Program-made: the position numbers and the translations under genes
Assembly: GCA_022703765.1 (NCBI GenBank)
Contig: JAKJHQ010000001.1
Location: 17,854-81,853 of the forward strand
DNA: 64,000 nucleotides
Direction of reading: 5' to 3'
DNA from: Candidatus Wallbacteria bacterium
GTDB lineage: Bacteria; Muiribacteriota; UBA9980
Notes under the pieces: model-generated
Told to the model about the DNA's origin: nothing
The model's database searches: none
What the model saw: only the letters and a program-made list of their open reading frames with translations
In this document: one piece after another, positions 47,523 through 56,613 of the stretch
Numbering within the stretch: position 1 is the stretch's first letter
Layout of the letters: every line of letters begins with the position of its first letter

Positions 47523-48519
47523 GCGCGCCCGCCTTCCGCTGCCCGGCTAAAAGAAATATGAAAAAAGGCGCTCCTACGAGGCTCGTGATAATGCCTATCG
47601 GAAAATTTATGGAATCGGCGGCGGTGCGCGAAATCAGATCGCAATATATGAGCATGGTGCCGCCGAGAACGAACGAAAATGGAAGCAGAATCCTGTGGGA
47701 ATCGCCCACCATTATCCTGGCCGCGTGAGGCACGATAAGGCCTACAAAACCTATAATTCCGGTCTGTGAAACGATAAGGGCGCATATCAGCGAGGCTATA
47801 ACTAAAAATTTTATCTTATAATAGTTCTGGTCCACTCCGATCGAAAACACCGTCTTTTCGTTTATCCTTAAAAGGTCAAGTATATGCGAATATTTTAATA
47901 TATAGCAGGCGGCGCCAACGACGAATAAATACGTATAAATTATCTGATCGGCGTACCTGACGTCCAGCGAACCCATAAGCCAGAAAAAAATATTCTGCAT
48001 GTCTTTCGAAAGGTACATGACCACCGTTAAAAAACTTGAAAAAAAACTGTTCAGGGCTATTCCGGTAAGTATTAAATTATAGCTGGAAAACTTGCGCGCG
48101 TAAGATATGGCCATGACCGCGCCTACCGACAATATAGCGCCGGTAAAAGCGAAAGCCGATATAGCGAGCGAAGAATGGAACTTCATGGTTATCGCGAGCG
48201 CCGAAAACAGTGCCGCGCCCGCGGAAATTCCTAGCATGAAAGGGTCCGCCAGATAATTTTTTAGCGACGACTGATACACCACGCCCGCGAAAGCGAGGCC
48301 CGCGCCCGTTATAAAAGCCGCGGCCATCCTGAGCACGCGCATCTTTAAAATGGCGTGATACCGGCCGTCCGCCTGGCTTTTAAGCATAAGAAAACCGGCG
48401 ATCTCGCCCGGCGGGATCGCGGCCTGGCCGAGGGAAAAAGAAAGCGCCGCGCCCGCGACGCAAAGCGATAACGCGGTTATAAAATAGAAATACGGTTTAA
48501 AACGGATATCGGTCGTCAT
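47509..48519 (-). CDS. ABC transporter permease of the FecCD/BtuC family.
   Basis: Nine to ten TM segments. The C-terminal GIITSLVGAPFFIFLL region is typical of FecCD. It overlaps the ATPase gene by 14 nt. Confidence 0.85.
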   Translation of the reverse strand: MTTDIRFKPYFYFITALSLCVAGAALSFSLGQAAIPPGEIAGFLMLKSQADGRYHAILKMRVLRMAAAFITGAGLAFAGVVYQSSLKNYLADPFMLGISAGAALFSALAITMKFHSSLAISAFAFTGAILSVGAVMAISYARKFSSYNLILTGIALNSFFSSFLTVVMYLSKDMQNIFFWLMGSLDVRYADQIIYTYLFVVGAACYILKYSHILDLLRINEKTVFSIGVDQNYYKIKFLVIASLICALIVSQTGIIGFVGLIVPHAARIMVGDSHRILLPFSFVLGGTMLIYCDLISRTAADSINFPIGIITSLVGAPFFIFLLAGQRKAGARANG

Positions 48520-48531
48520 AATTTTTACGGC

Positions 48532-49455
48532 TCACTCGGCGGGAGTTATTTCTTCCGCTTCGATCCGGCCTTCTGGATAAAGCCTGTTGTAAAGATCGAG
48601 CACGGCTTCTATCACGCGCGGGCCCGGCCTGACGTATATGTTGTAATCTATTTTAATTATATTGGAGTCTTTCACGGCGATCAAATTAGAAAATCCCGGC
48701 CGCAGGGCTATTTCTTCGGTTTTAGCGTCGTAGGCCGCCACGATGAACTCCGGATTGTTTTCGATGACCTTTTCAAGGCTCACCGAAAGATTGTCGAGAT
48801 TGACTTCGTTAAATATATTTACGCCCTGAGCCGCGTTAATGATCTGGTTAATGAACGAAGCGCCGCCTACCGTCATGGGCGGATCGCCCCATATTTCAAA
48901 ATATACCGAGCGCACTATATTTTTTTGTTTTTTGCGTATCAGCGACGAGAGGTTTTTCATCTTTTTTCTAAGCTGAGAGCTGTTTTTCGGCGCCTTAAGA
49001 AGCCCGGCCGCCTTATCTATGGAATCGAATATGCTTTCGATGGAGCTCAAATCAAGGCTCACGGTTTTAACGCCGAACGAATTTAATATTTCCTCCTCGT
49101 TGGCGCGCAGCCCCTTCATTGAAAAAACCGCGTCCGGCTTAATTTCGAGGAGCTTTTCGTAGTTGATATTAAGGTCGCCTATTTTCTGGATATCTTTAGC
49201 TTCCTGAGGATAATCGCATAACGTCGTAACGCCCTTTACCATAGAGCCCGCGCCTATATAAAATAAAATTTCCGTCACCGCCGGCGAACTGGATACTATG
49301 CATACTGGCCTGGTTTCAAACGAGATAGCGCTTTCGGCCGCGCCCGAAAGCGCTTCGCCTTCGCCCTGCGCGAAAGCCGGATAAAAAAACCCGCTCAAAG
49401 CCAATAACGCCAGAACGGCGCGCCACGTTTTTTTTAAAATACTCGAATTCTTCAT
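48532..49455 (-). CDS. Periplasmic substrate-binding protein (Fe3+-siderophore / cobalamin type, BtuF/FecB-like).
   Basis: Signal peptide. PVCIVSSSPAVTEILFYIGAG ... PDAVFSM matches the PBP type III pattern. AAAGGTGAA RBS. Confidence 0.75.
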   Translation of the reverse strand: MKNSSILKKTWRAVLALLALSGFFYPAFAQGEGEALSGAAESAISFETRPVCIVSSSPAVTEILFYIGAGSMVKGVTTLCDYPQEAKDIQKIGDLNINYEKLLEIKPDAVFSMKGLRANEEEILNSFGVKTVSLDLSSIESIFDSIDKAAGLLKAPKNSSQLRKKMKNLSSLIRKKQKNIVRSVYFEIWGDPPMTVGGASFINQIINAAQGVNIFNEVNLDNLSVSLEKVIENNPEFIVAAYDAKTEEIALRPGFSNLIAVKDSNIIKIDYNIYVRPGPRVIEAVLDLYNRLYPEGRIEAEEITPAE

Positions 49456-49503
49456 CGATTCACCTTTTCTAATTTTATTACGTTATTTTATGAATTTTGC
49501 AAT

Positions 49504-50127
49504 CTATAATATTTGCGTTACCGACATTCCGTCTTCGTAACCGAAAAAATAATTTCGGACCGCTCCTTTCATTTCAAGCTCTTTTAAATAATCCAGATAA
49601 CGGCGAAGCCCTTCGACTATGCTTTTATGCCGCCCTAGAGTTTTTTCGGGCTCCAGCACTCCCTGAAAATAAATATCGTCCGAAAAAACCACCGCCCCCT
49701 TTTTGAGAAACGGCAAAAAAGATTCCAGAATTTCACGGTACTGCCTTTTCATGGCGTCTATGAATAAAAAATCCACTGCGGAAAAAGACGCCGCGGATTC
49801 TTTCAGGCGTTCCACCGCGTCGCCCGATATAACCTCTAATACGCCGTTTGCGATAAAAGGCGCCATATTCTGGCTTATCATTTCAAAACGGCGGGCGTCT
49901 TTTTCAAAGGCCGTAACCCGCCCGTTGTTTCTGACGGCGGCGTTGACCAGATAACCCGTAGCGTAACCGTTGGCGCAGCCCACTTCGACAATATTCCTGG
50001 CGCCGGTAAGGCATGCGAGCATTTCCAGAAACTTTCCGGTGGAAGGCGAAACGGAAGGAATCGACTCCCTGGCCGATTCCTCTCTGATCAAATTAAACAG
50101 CTTCTCGCCGCATATTTTTAAATCCAT
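49504..50127 (-). CDS. Class I SAM-dependent O-methyltransferase (family 3, caffeoyl-CoA OMT-like).
   Basis: Motif I VEVGCANGYATGYL and DFLFIDA (post-I acidic). Length and order fit O-MTase family 3. Confidence 0.75.
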   Translation of the reverse strand: MDLKICGEKLFNLIREESARESIPSVSPSTGKFLEMLACLTGARNIVEVGCANGYATGYLVNAAVRNNGRVTAFEKDARRFEMISQNMAPFIANGVLEVISGDAVERLKESAASFSAVDFLFIDAMKRQYREILESFLPFLKKGAVVFSDDIYFQGVLEPEKTLGRHKSIVEGLRRYLDYLKELEMKGAVRNYFFGYEDGMSVTQIL

Positions 50128-50192
50128 ACAAGCTTTAATCTCCGTATAAAATTAAGCGGGCCGCGGCCGCAAAAAAACTCGCGCATTCGGGT

Positions 50193-52019
50193 TTATAGTT
50201 TTTCGACGCTTTTGATTATATCTGAAGCGTCTATCTTATAAACTCTTCCGTCCAGCGTTCCGCAAATCACGAATTTATCCGAATAAGTGACCGAAAAGCA
50301 GCCGCCGATCGACGCTATCGGAAAAAATCCGTAAACCTTGGAGTTATTGTCACCCCACATCCTGATTATAGCGAAAAGATCTTCGCCGTTGACGGCGAAC
50401 ATTAAATTATCGTTATATCTTACCGCGTCGATGGCATAAACGCACTTCAGCTTTTCAGAAGAATTATAACGGTCGTATTTTTCGGTTTTTTTATCGTATC
50501 TGATAAGTTCGTAAGGTTCCTTTTCGCGGCGTTCGAACGAAAACCACACGCTGGCCGGTTCGTCGTAAACGAAAGCCGGGTGATCTCTGAGCAGATCGCG
50601 ATTGAATATCTTCTTTAAAATTTTCGGCCTGGCCTGCGCGCTGTCGTATTTGAACGCGGCCGGATCGAAGGAAGGCATTTTATCGGTTATAACGCCGCAG
50701 TCGCTTGTTACGAGCATGTAATTAAGGCCCAGCGAAACCGGCTGTTGATAAACTATAAGGCTCTGCAGCCTGCACTTTTTAACTCCGGCGAATTTTTCGT
50801 AAGGAACGGTGAACCATCTTGCGAGTTTGATGTCGTAATAAAAAATCGCCTCGAAATTGGCGAGGTAAAGTTTTTCGCCGTAATAGCAAATTGAATACCA
50901 CATGCTGTTTTCAAAAAGCTCGTCGATGCCGATATCGGTGGCCAGCGGCCCGGAAAGATCGATCATATAAACCGTAGAAGGCGTCCCCACGAATAAAAAC
51001 TCGCCGTCGCCCGCCATGGCTATAATATCGCACGGCTGGATATATTCGTGCATGAATTTTTCGAGCCGCGGTTTCTTTTCTTTCTCTTTTTCTTTTTCGC
51101 CTTCTTTTATTTCATAGGCCTCGCCGGATGGCATAAAGTAAAGGCCGGCATTAGTGGCTATATAAAGTTTGTCTTTATATTTATAAAGAAATTTAACGGC
51201 AAGCTCGCCAGTTTTGACGTTTATTTCGCCCGTTTTCGACGCGGCTTCCGCCCCTGTGCCCGCCGCGTCAGGCGAAGCCTGCGAATCGGGGCCGGAAGAA
51301 TATCCGAGCGCTACTTCGTCCGTTTTGACCGCCAGGTGGTACTCGCCGCTTTCCCCGGTTTTTTCGACGGGTTCCAGTTTCATAGCGTTAATGAGCCTGA
51401 GCATGGCGATTTCCCTGTTAGTGTCTTTTGCGAGCCTGTAATCGTAAAGCTCGACGCCGAGCGAATCTATATCGGAAAACATAAGCGAGCTCATACGCTC
51501 CGCGAAAGTCAGGGCCGGTTCGACTTCGTTCGAATCTCCGGGAGCGGGTTTCGTAAGAGCGGCCTCGTCCGTTTTTTTCACTTCCGCAAGCGGGCGCTTC
51601 GCCTGCTGAACCGTTTCGGTTTTAAGCGCGGCGGGCTGCTTTACGGGCGGCTGTTTGACCGAAGGCGTAATTACCTTTTTAAATTGCGCGGGGGTCTCGC
51701 TGACTATGGAAGTAGCGAGCCTCGTCCGGCCCGATTTCGGCCCCGAATCGATCGCGCCCACTTTAGGCGGTTCTTTTTTGGCGAGCAGATTTTTTTCGAG
51801 TTTAGAACGCTCTTCCATGGTTCTTTTACGGGCCGCCTCCGCCTCTTCCTGCTTGCGCCGCTCCTCGAGCTGCCTGGCAAGAAATTTAGAGTCCTGGGTT
51901 TTTCGTATGGAACTGCCGAGGCCGAAAGACGCCAGCATCAAGATATTGATTATTATAAAGCAGGCGATATCGGCGCCGCCGATAAAAAATCCCCTGTCGT
52001 TTCTGTCGCTGAATTTCAT
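50193..52019 (-). CDS. Hypothetical membrane-anchored protein with a charged coiled-coil region and a C-terminal beta-rich (propeller-like) domain.
   Basis: N-terminal TM segment IACFIIINILMLASFGLG, then a K/E/R-rich stretch, then a C-terminal region with repeated aromatic beta-strand motifs. Confidence 0.5.
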   Translation of the reverse strand: MKFSDRNDRGFFIGGADIACFIIINILMLASFGLGSSIRKTQDSKFLARQLEERRKQEEAEAARKRTMEERSKLEKNLLAKKEPPKVGAIDSGPKSGRTRLATSIVSETPAQFKKVITPSVKQPPVKQPAALKTETVQQAKRPLAEVKKTDEAALTKPAPGDSNEVEPALTFAERMSSLMFSDIDSLGVELYDYRLAKDTNREIAMLRLINAMKLEPVEKTGESGEYHLAVKTDEVALGYSSGPDSQASPDAAGTGAEAASKTGEINVKTGELAVKFLYKYKDKLYIATNAGLYFMPSGEAYEIKEGEKEKEKEKKPRLEKFMHEYIQPCDIIAMAGDGEFLFVGTPSTVYMIDLSGPLATDIGIDELFENSMWYSICYYGEKLYLANFEAIFYYDIKLARWFTVPYEKFAGVKKCRLQSLIVYQQPVSLGLNYMLVTSDCGVITDKMPSFDPAAFKYDSAQARPKILKKIFNRDLLRDHPAFVYDEPASVWFSFERREKEPYELIRYDKKTEKYDRYNSSEKLKCVYAIDAVRYNDNLMFAVNGEDLFAIIRMWGDNNSKVYGFFPIASIGGCFSVTYSDKFVICGTLDGRVYKIDASDIIKSVEKL

Positions 52020-52058
52020 AAATCATTCACTATCCACGCAAAGCCGCAAGCGGTCATT

Positions 52059-54044
52059 TTAGTTAAGCCCCGTCACTTCAAAAATTTCAACGGGCTCGCG
52101 TTTGCCTTTGACCATTATAGCGTCCAGAGTTTTAACCTGCACGCGGTCTTTAACCAGCTCGTAAGTGGCCCTGGATATAAGCACCTGGCCGGCCCCCGCG
52201 TTGGCTTCGATGCGCGCGGCGGTATTGACCGCGTCGCCTATGGCTGTGTAGTTCATCATCTTCGTCGATCCTACCATGCCCACTACCACGTCGCCGGTGT
52301 TGATTCCTATTCCCACGTTGACAGCCGTTTTTCCTTCGCGGATAAGCTGTTCGCGTATTTTAGCGCATTCGTTTTTGATGGCTATGGCCGCGGCGATGGT
52401 GTTATACGCGTCGTCTTCCACTTTCGTGCTCATCGGAGCGCCGAAAAGGGCCATGAGCGCGTCGCCTATATATTTATCGATAGTCCCGCCGTTGGCGAGA
52501 ATTATATCGGTCATAGCGGAGTGGAAGCGGTTGACTATATCTAAAACGACTTCCGGATTTCCGGCAAGCGTTTCGCTCATAGAAGTGAATCCTCTAATAT
52601 CGGCGAAAAACATCGTGATGGCCCTTCTTTTTCCGCCGAGAGAAAGGCTCGCGGGATTGTTCATTATTTCTTCTATGACCTTCGGGGAAACGAATTTATC
52701 GAATATGCTCCTGATCTTCTTTTTCTCTTCGCGTTCTTTGTCGGAAAGCTGCTTTATGTTCTGCAGGTCGCGTTTGGAAAGTTCAAGGTCTCCGGCATTT
52801 TTAAGCGCCCATGCCGCGACGTCGGCGATCAGTTTTATTAATTTTTTGGTTTCGTCGTTTAATTCGAAAGTGTCGAAAACTTCTTCGCAGTTGATGACGC
52901 CTATGATTTTATTGCCGGCGTCCATCGATACGCTGAATTCGCTTTTGATGTCGAATTCTTTCGAAAACGGCTCGTACTCGGATATTTTTCTGAGCTCTTC
53001 GCCCGTATAAAACCCGCCCTCGCGCGAAACCTTGGTTATTATGGTTTCCTCTTCGAGCGGGATGTTCATATTCATATATCTCTGAGGGTCGATATGCTTT
53101 TCGGAACATCCGAGAGGGTATATCGAATGAAATTTGGGATTCGAGACCCACACCGAAACCGATTTCGCTCCGATCTGGCGGGCGAAAAGCTTAGTGACGC
53201 GCTCTATAATTTCATCGGTTTTTTGATTGGATATTAGTTCGTGTATCTGAATAAGTGTTTCACCCAGGCGGCGCGACTTGACGTTCAGGTCGTTTTTCAT
53301 CTTAGTTATGACGTCCATGTCTTTCTGGGCCTCGTCGAAATCTTTGCGCTTGTCTATAAGCTTTTTAAGCTGCATTATTTGCGATTTTAAGTCTTCGATG
53401 ACTGAACGGGAATTTATATTTTTTTCGCGAAGGTCGGTCGCCACGATTGAAATGTAAGAGCCTATAAGCGTAAAAATGGCCATCAGCAAAAACGTGGGGC
53501 GGAAATTGACTATGAGCCCCATGGCGTAAAAGAGCATCGCTATAAGGCATATCGCTAAAATAGCCGGGATCGCGATTTGTTTATCGTAATAAAGGGAAAC
53601 GGTTATAATAAGCGCAAGATACGCCGAAAAAAAGAAAAAAGCCGGAACCGCCGGAGAAAACAGGCCGAGTATCGCAATAACACCCAGAGGCGCCACTACG
53701 TATTTCACGAAATCCGCGTCGAAAATTTTCTGGAATATATCTCCGCCGGCCGACGCGCCGCCCGATACCGGGACGACCGCCGCCTGTTTTACCTGCTGGG
53801 CGGCGTGGCCGTGGGAATTATCGGAAGGCTGGCCCGCGGCCGCCGCGGCGTCGGAAAAGTTTTTCTTGAGGTAAGACGAAGCGAGAAGTTTTATGGCGGT
53901 GCTCTTATCGCGCGCCAGCGTTTCCAGTATCTTTTTAGCGCGCGGCTCGTTAGAGTCGGCTAGCTCGGCCAGCGCCGCGCGCTTTGCGGCGTCGGCCGAA
54001 GCGCCCGAAATATTTTTTTCTAATTTATCGAAATCGATTGCCAT
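52059..54044 (-). CDS. Class III adenylate/guanylate cyclase with N-terminal TM helices and a GAF-like domain.
   Basis: CHD motifs MFFADIRGFTSMSE ... YIGDALMALFGAP ... GIGINTGDVVVGMVGS ... YTAIGDAVNTAARIE. The upstream region is GAF-like. Confidence 0.85.
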   Translation of the reverse strand: MAIDFDKLEKNISGASADAAKRAALAELADSNEPRAKKILETLARDKSTAIKLLASSYLKKNFSDAAAAAGQPSDNSHGHAAQQVKQAAVVPVSGGASAGGDIFQKIFDADFVKYVVAPLGVIAILGLFSPAVPAFFFFSAYLALIITVSLYYDKQIAIPAILAICLIAMLFYAMGLIVNFRPTFLLMAIFTLIGSYISIVATDLREKNINSRSVIEDLKSQIMQLKKLIDKRKDFDEAQKDMDVITKMKNDLNVKSRRLGETLIQIHELISNQKTDEIIERVTKLFARQIGAKSVSVWVSNPKFHSIYPLGCSEKHIDPQRYMNMNIPLEEETIITKVSREGGFYTGEELRKISEYEPFSKEFDIKSEFSVSMDAGNKIIGVINCEEVFDTFELNDETKKLIKLIADVAAWALKNAGDLELSKRDLQNIKQLSDKEREEKKKIRSIFDKFVSPKVIEEIMNNPASLSLGGKRRAITMFFADIRGFTSMSETLAGNPEVVLDIVNRFHSAMTDIILANGGTIDKYIGDALMALFGAPMSTKVEDDAYNTIAAAIAIKNECAKIREQLIREGKTAVNVGIGINTGDVVVGMVGSTKMMNYTAIGDAVNTAARIEANAGAGQVLISRATYELVKDRVQVKTLDAIMVKGKREPVEIFEVTGLN

Positions 54045-54065
54045 TTTATTCCAAAACTTTTGAAT

Positions 54066-54116
54066 TAAAAAAGCCGCATAATATCCCTGAATTCATTGTC
54101 GGAAAAACATGCGGCC
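54066..54116 (-). terminator. Possible terminator after the minus-strand gene at 54136..54921.
   Basis: On the minus strand: aaggccgcatg, a loop of about 30 nt, then atgcggc followed by tttttt. Confidence 0.35.
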
Positions 54117-54135
54117 TTGATTTTTAGATTTATAA

Positions 54136-54921
54136 TTACTTTACGAGTTCCATTTTAGTCTTGAGATTGACCGTCGTTTTAACTTTTTTAACGGCCGGTC
54201 CGAGGTTGGGCGAGTCGTTTTCGATTTCCTGGTCCATCTTCATATCGTTTTGAGTTTCTACCCTTACTATATGGCCTTTTTCGATATCGAAATATATCTT
54301 GCCCGAGCCTTTAGCGTCGATCGTTTTAACTTCGGGGCCGACGCTGATGTTCTGGTCTATGACGGCGCATTTGCGGCCGGCTATCTGCCTGACTTCTTTC
54401 AAGTGGTATTCGATTTTCATCGGAATGGGCTGTTTAACGTCGGTCGACCATTTTTTACCGACTTCGACCATTCCTTCGGGAAAGCTTATAGAAACCGAAA
54501 TAGGATCGTAATTTGAATCGTAGGAAGTCGCGCCCAAAAGTTCGCCGCGTTTGGTTATGGTCATATATACGGTGTTCCCGACGTTTTTAAGATCTTCATA
54601 TGCGCCGGTGGCGTTTTTAGCTTTACCGGACAGTATCTTAGTTTGAATGTCTATATTGGAGTTTTTATTGTTGACGTATAAAACGCTCTGCTCTACCTGC
54701 ATTTTAACATCGACAGGCGCTTCGCCTTTATTGCCGGCGGTTTCCATAACGGTAGTGCCGTTCATGGTTATATCGTATTTGAATTTATCGCCCGGTTTGT
54801 ATTTGTATTCGAGGCTGACTTTTTCAGCCGCGAAAGCGCCGCCGCTCAACACGAGCGTGAAAATAAAAATGATAACCGCGATTGAATGACTTTTAAAAGC
54901 TTTCGATTTTAATAAAAACAT
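54136..54921 (-). CDS. Hypothetical secreted or periplasmic protein.
   Basis: AGGAGGG RBS. Signal peptide IAVIIFIFTLVLSGGAFAAEK. Predicted to be beta-rich. No diagnostic motif. Confidence 0.55.
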   Translation of the reverse strand: MFLLKSKAFKSHSIAVIIFIFTLVLSGGAFAAEKVSLEYKYKPGDKFKYDITMNGTTVMETAGNKGEAPVDVKMQVEQSVLYVNNKNSNIDIQTKILSGKAKNATGAYEDLKNVGNTVYMTITKRGELLGATSYDSNYDPISVSISFPEGMVEVGKKWSTDVKQPIPMKIEYHLKEVRQIAGRKCAVIDQNISVGPEVKTIDAKGSGKIYFDIEKGHIVRVETQNDMKMDQEIENDSPNLGPAVKKVKTTVNLKTKMELVK

Positions 54922-55089
54922 TTTGCCCTCCTGATATAATAATCATGTCTATTATAGATAAATAATCAGCTTTTGTCAATAAAAAATAATCAGCCGACCT
55001 GAAAATAAATATTTTTAAAAAATTTTTATTGACATTCAACCGCTTTTGATGTATAATAAAATCTTTCACAAAATAAATGGAGGTAAGTA

Positions 55090-55623
55090 ATGAAAAAATA
55101 TTTTTCACTTCTCACTATCGTGATATTCCTTCTCGCTAACTTCGCGGCAGCTTCGGCCGCCGATAATAAAGGCGCCAAAAAGCCTAAACCGAAACCGTCC
55201 GCGCAGTCCACTCAGACGAACAACAACAACGGAAATAACAACGACAACGGCGGCGGAAATTCAAACGGAAACTGCTCTGGCGAAAATCACGGCAACTGCA
55301 ATTCCGGCAATGGTTCCAATAACGGAAACTGCAATCATTCAAATAACGGCTCAAACGGAAACTGCAACCAGTCTAACCATCAGAGCCACCCCGCTTCAAA
55401 CGCTTCATCCGGCAACGCTTCCGTTCCCGATAACGGCGATAACGCTTCGTCAAACGGTTCAAATTCAGGCCCCGACAGCTATGACGACGGCGGCGACCCT
55501 TACACCGGCTCTTCTTCTAACGACGACGGTCCGGATTCCACCGGCGGATACTCCGGCTGCGGCGATTCATGGAGCGGCTCCAACAGCGGCGGCTTCGACG
55601 GCTCCGGATCGGTATCGTTTTAA
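55090..55623 (+). CDS. Secreted low-complexity Asn/Gly/Ser-rich protein with periodic Cys in GNC units.
   Basis: GGAGGT RBS. Signal peptide LLTIVIFLLANFAAASAA. Repeats NGNCSGENHGNC NSGNGSNNGNC NHSNNGSNGNC NQSNH. Confidence 0.5.
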   Translation: MKKYFSLLTIVIFLLANFAAASAADNKGAKKPKPKPSAQSTQTNNNNGNNNDNGGGNSNGNCSGENHGNCNSGNGSNNGNCNHSNNGSNGNCNQSNHQSHPASNASSGNASVPDNGDNASSNGSNSGPDSYDDGGDPYTGSSSNDDGPDSTGGYSGCGDSWSGSNSGGFDGSGSVSF

Positions 55624-55773
55624 TCCCCTTAATCTCATTACAAATTTAAAATACAGGCTATTTTTTAATAATTAAATATAAGCGGACGGTATTAGATAAC
55701 GTGATTATAAATTATAAGCTCATGTTAAAAAATTACCGGCCGCTTTTGTTTTATGGAGCGGCCGGCATGTTTA

Positions 55774-56583
55774 TCAGCTTTTATCGAGCCTGCTTTTAAC
55801 GTATTCGATTTCCATAACAAGGCTGTTATCGGATTGGATTTCCAGCAGCTTTTTATAATAATACAGCGATTCGTTGAACTGGCCGAGCTTTCTATAAAGC
55901 TTCGCAAGCGCGGAAATAATGACCGGATCGTCCGGGGCTATAGAATAAGCTTTTAAATAGCATATAAGCGAGCGTTCGGTATCGCCGACGTTCAATAACA
56001 CTTTAGCCCTGTCTTTGAGCAAATCGGGGTCTACAGGGTCCAGTTCGAGTGCTTTATCGATGCATTTAAGCGATTCCACGAATTTATGTTTTATAGTCGA
56101 AATAAGCCCCTGCTCGGCGAGAACCAGGCCCTTAAAATACCATGCCGTTTTTTCGAGCGGGTTTAATTCCAGGGATTTGTCGAAATAAGTTAAAGCTTCT
56201 TTGTAGTTTCCGTATATCTGGTAAATGTGTCCGATTTTAAGATAAGCCCGGCTGTTGTCAGGCTCTATTTCCAGCAGGCGGTTATAGCATTTAAGGGCCT
56301 CTTCGTAACGGTTGACGTCTATAAGCGCTATGCCCTTGCGCTCCAGCACGCCCGTATCCGAAGGATCTATGTCGAGTAGCATATCGTAACAGCACAGCGC
56401 TTCGTCGTAGCGCTTAAGGCTCACAAGCGCCACGCCTTTATAAAACATCGCGCAGGTGAAGCTTTCGTCTAAAAACAGGGCCTGGTTATAACAGGCTATG
56501 GCTTCATCGAGTGCGCCGGACTCCAGAAGCGCGTTGCCGTTAATATATATTTTATCAACATAATTATCGAATTGTTCAAACAT
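55774..56583 (-). CDS. TPR-repeat protein.
   Basis: About seven tandem 34-aa TPR units, for example AIACYNQALFLDESFTCAMFYKGVALVSLKRYDEAL. Confidence 0.8.
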   Translation of the reverse strand: MFEQFDNYVDKIYINGNALLESGALDEAIACYNQALFLDESFTCAMFYKGVALVSLKRYDEALCCYDMLLDIDPSDTGVLERKGIALIDVNRYEEALKCYNRLLEIEPDNSRAYLKIGHIYQIYGNYKEALTYFDKSLELNPLEKTAWYFKGLVLAEQGLISTIKHKFVESLKCIDKALELDPVDPDLLKDRAKVLLNVGDTERSLICYLKAYSIAPDDPVIISALAKLYRKLGQFNESLYYYKKLLEIQSDNSLVMEIEYVKSRLDKS

Positions 56584-56613
56584 TTTAAAACTTCTTCGTT
56601 CACGGTCAAAATA

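Noticed and set aside
49456-49503. Possible cobalamin riboswitch upstream of the Btu/Fec-like ABC operon
   Set aside because: The intergenic space is only 48 nt, which is too short for a B12 riboswitch.
52020-52035. ttcactatccac 12-mer resembling the repeat head module
   Set aside because: It is too short and lacks flanking similarity. It may be a chance match or a very decayed fragment, so it was not annotated.
51048-52544. Plus-strand ORF of 498 aa
   Set aside because: It is antisense to two clear minus-strand genes (50193..52019 and the cyclase 52059..54044). Arg/Phe-rich low-complexity translation.
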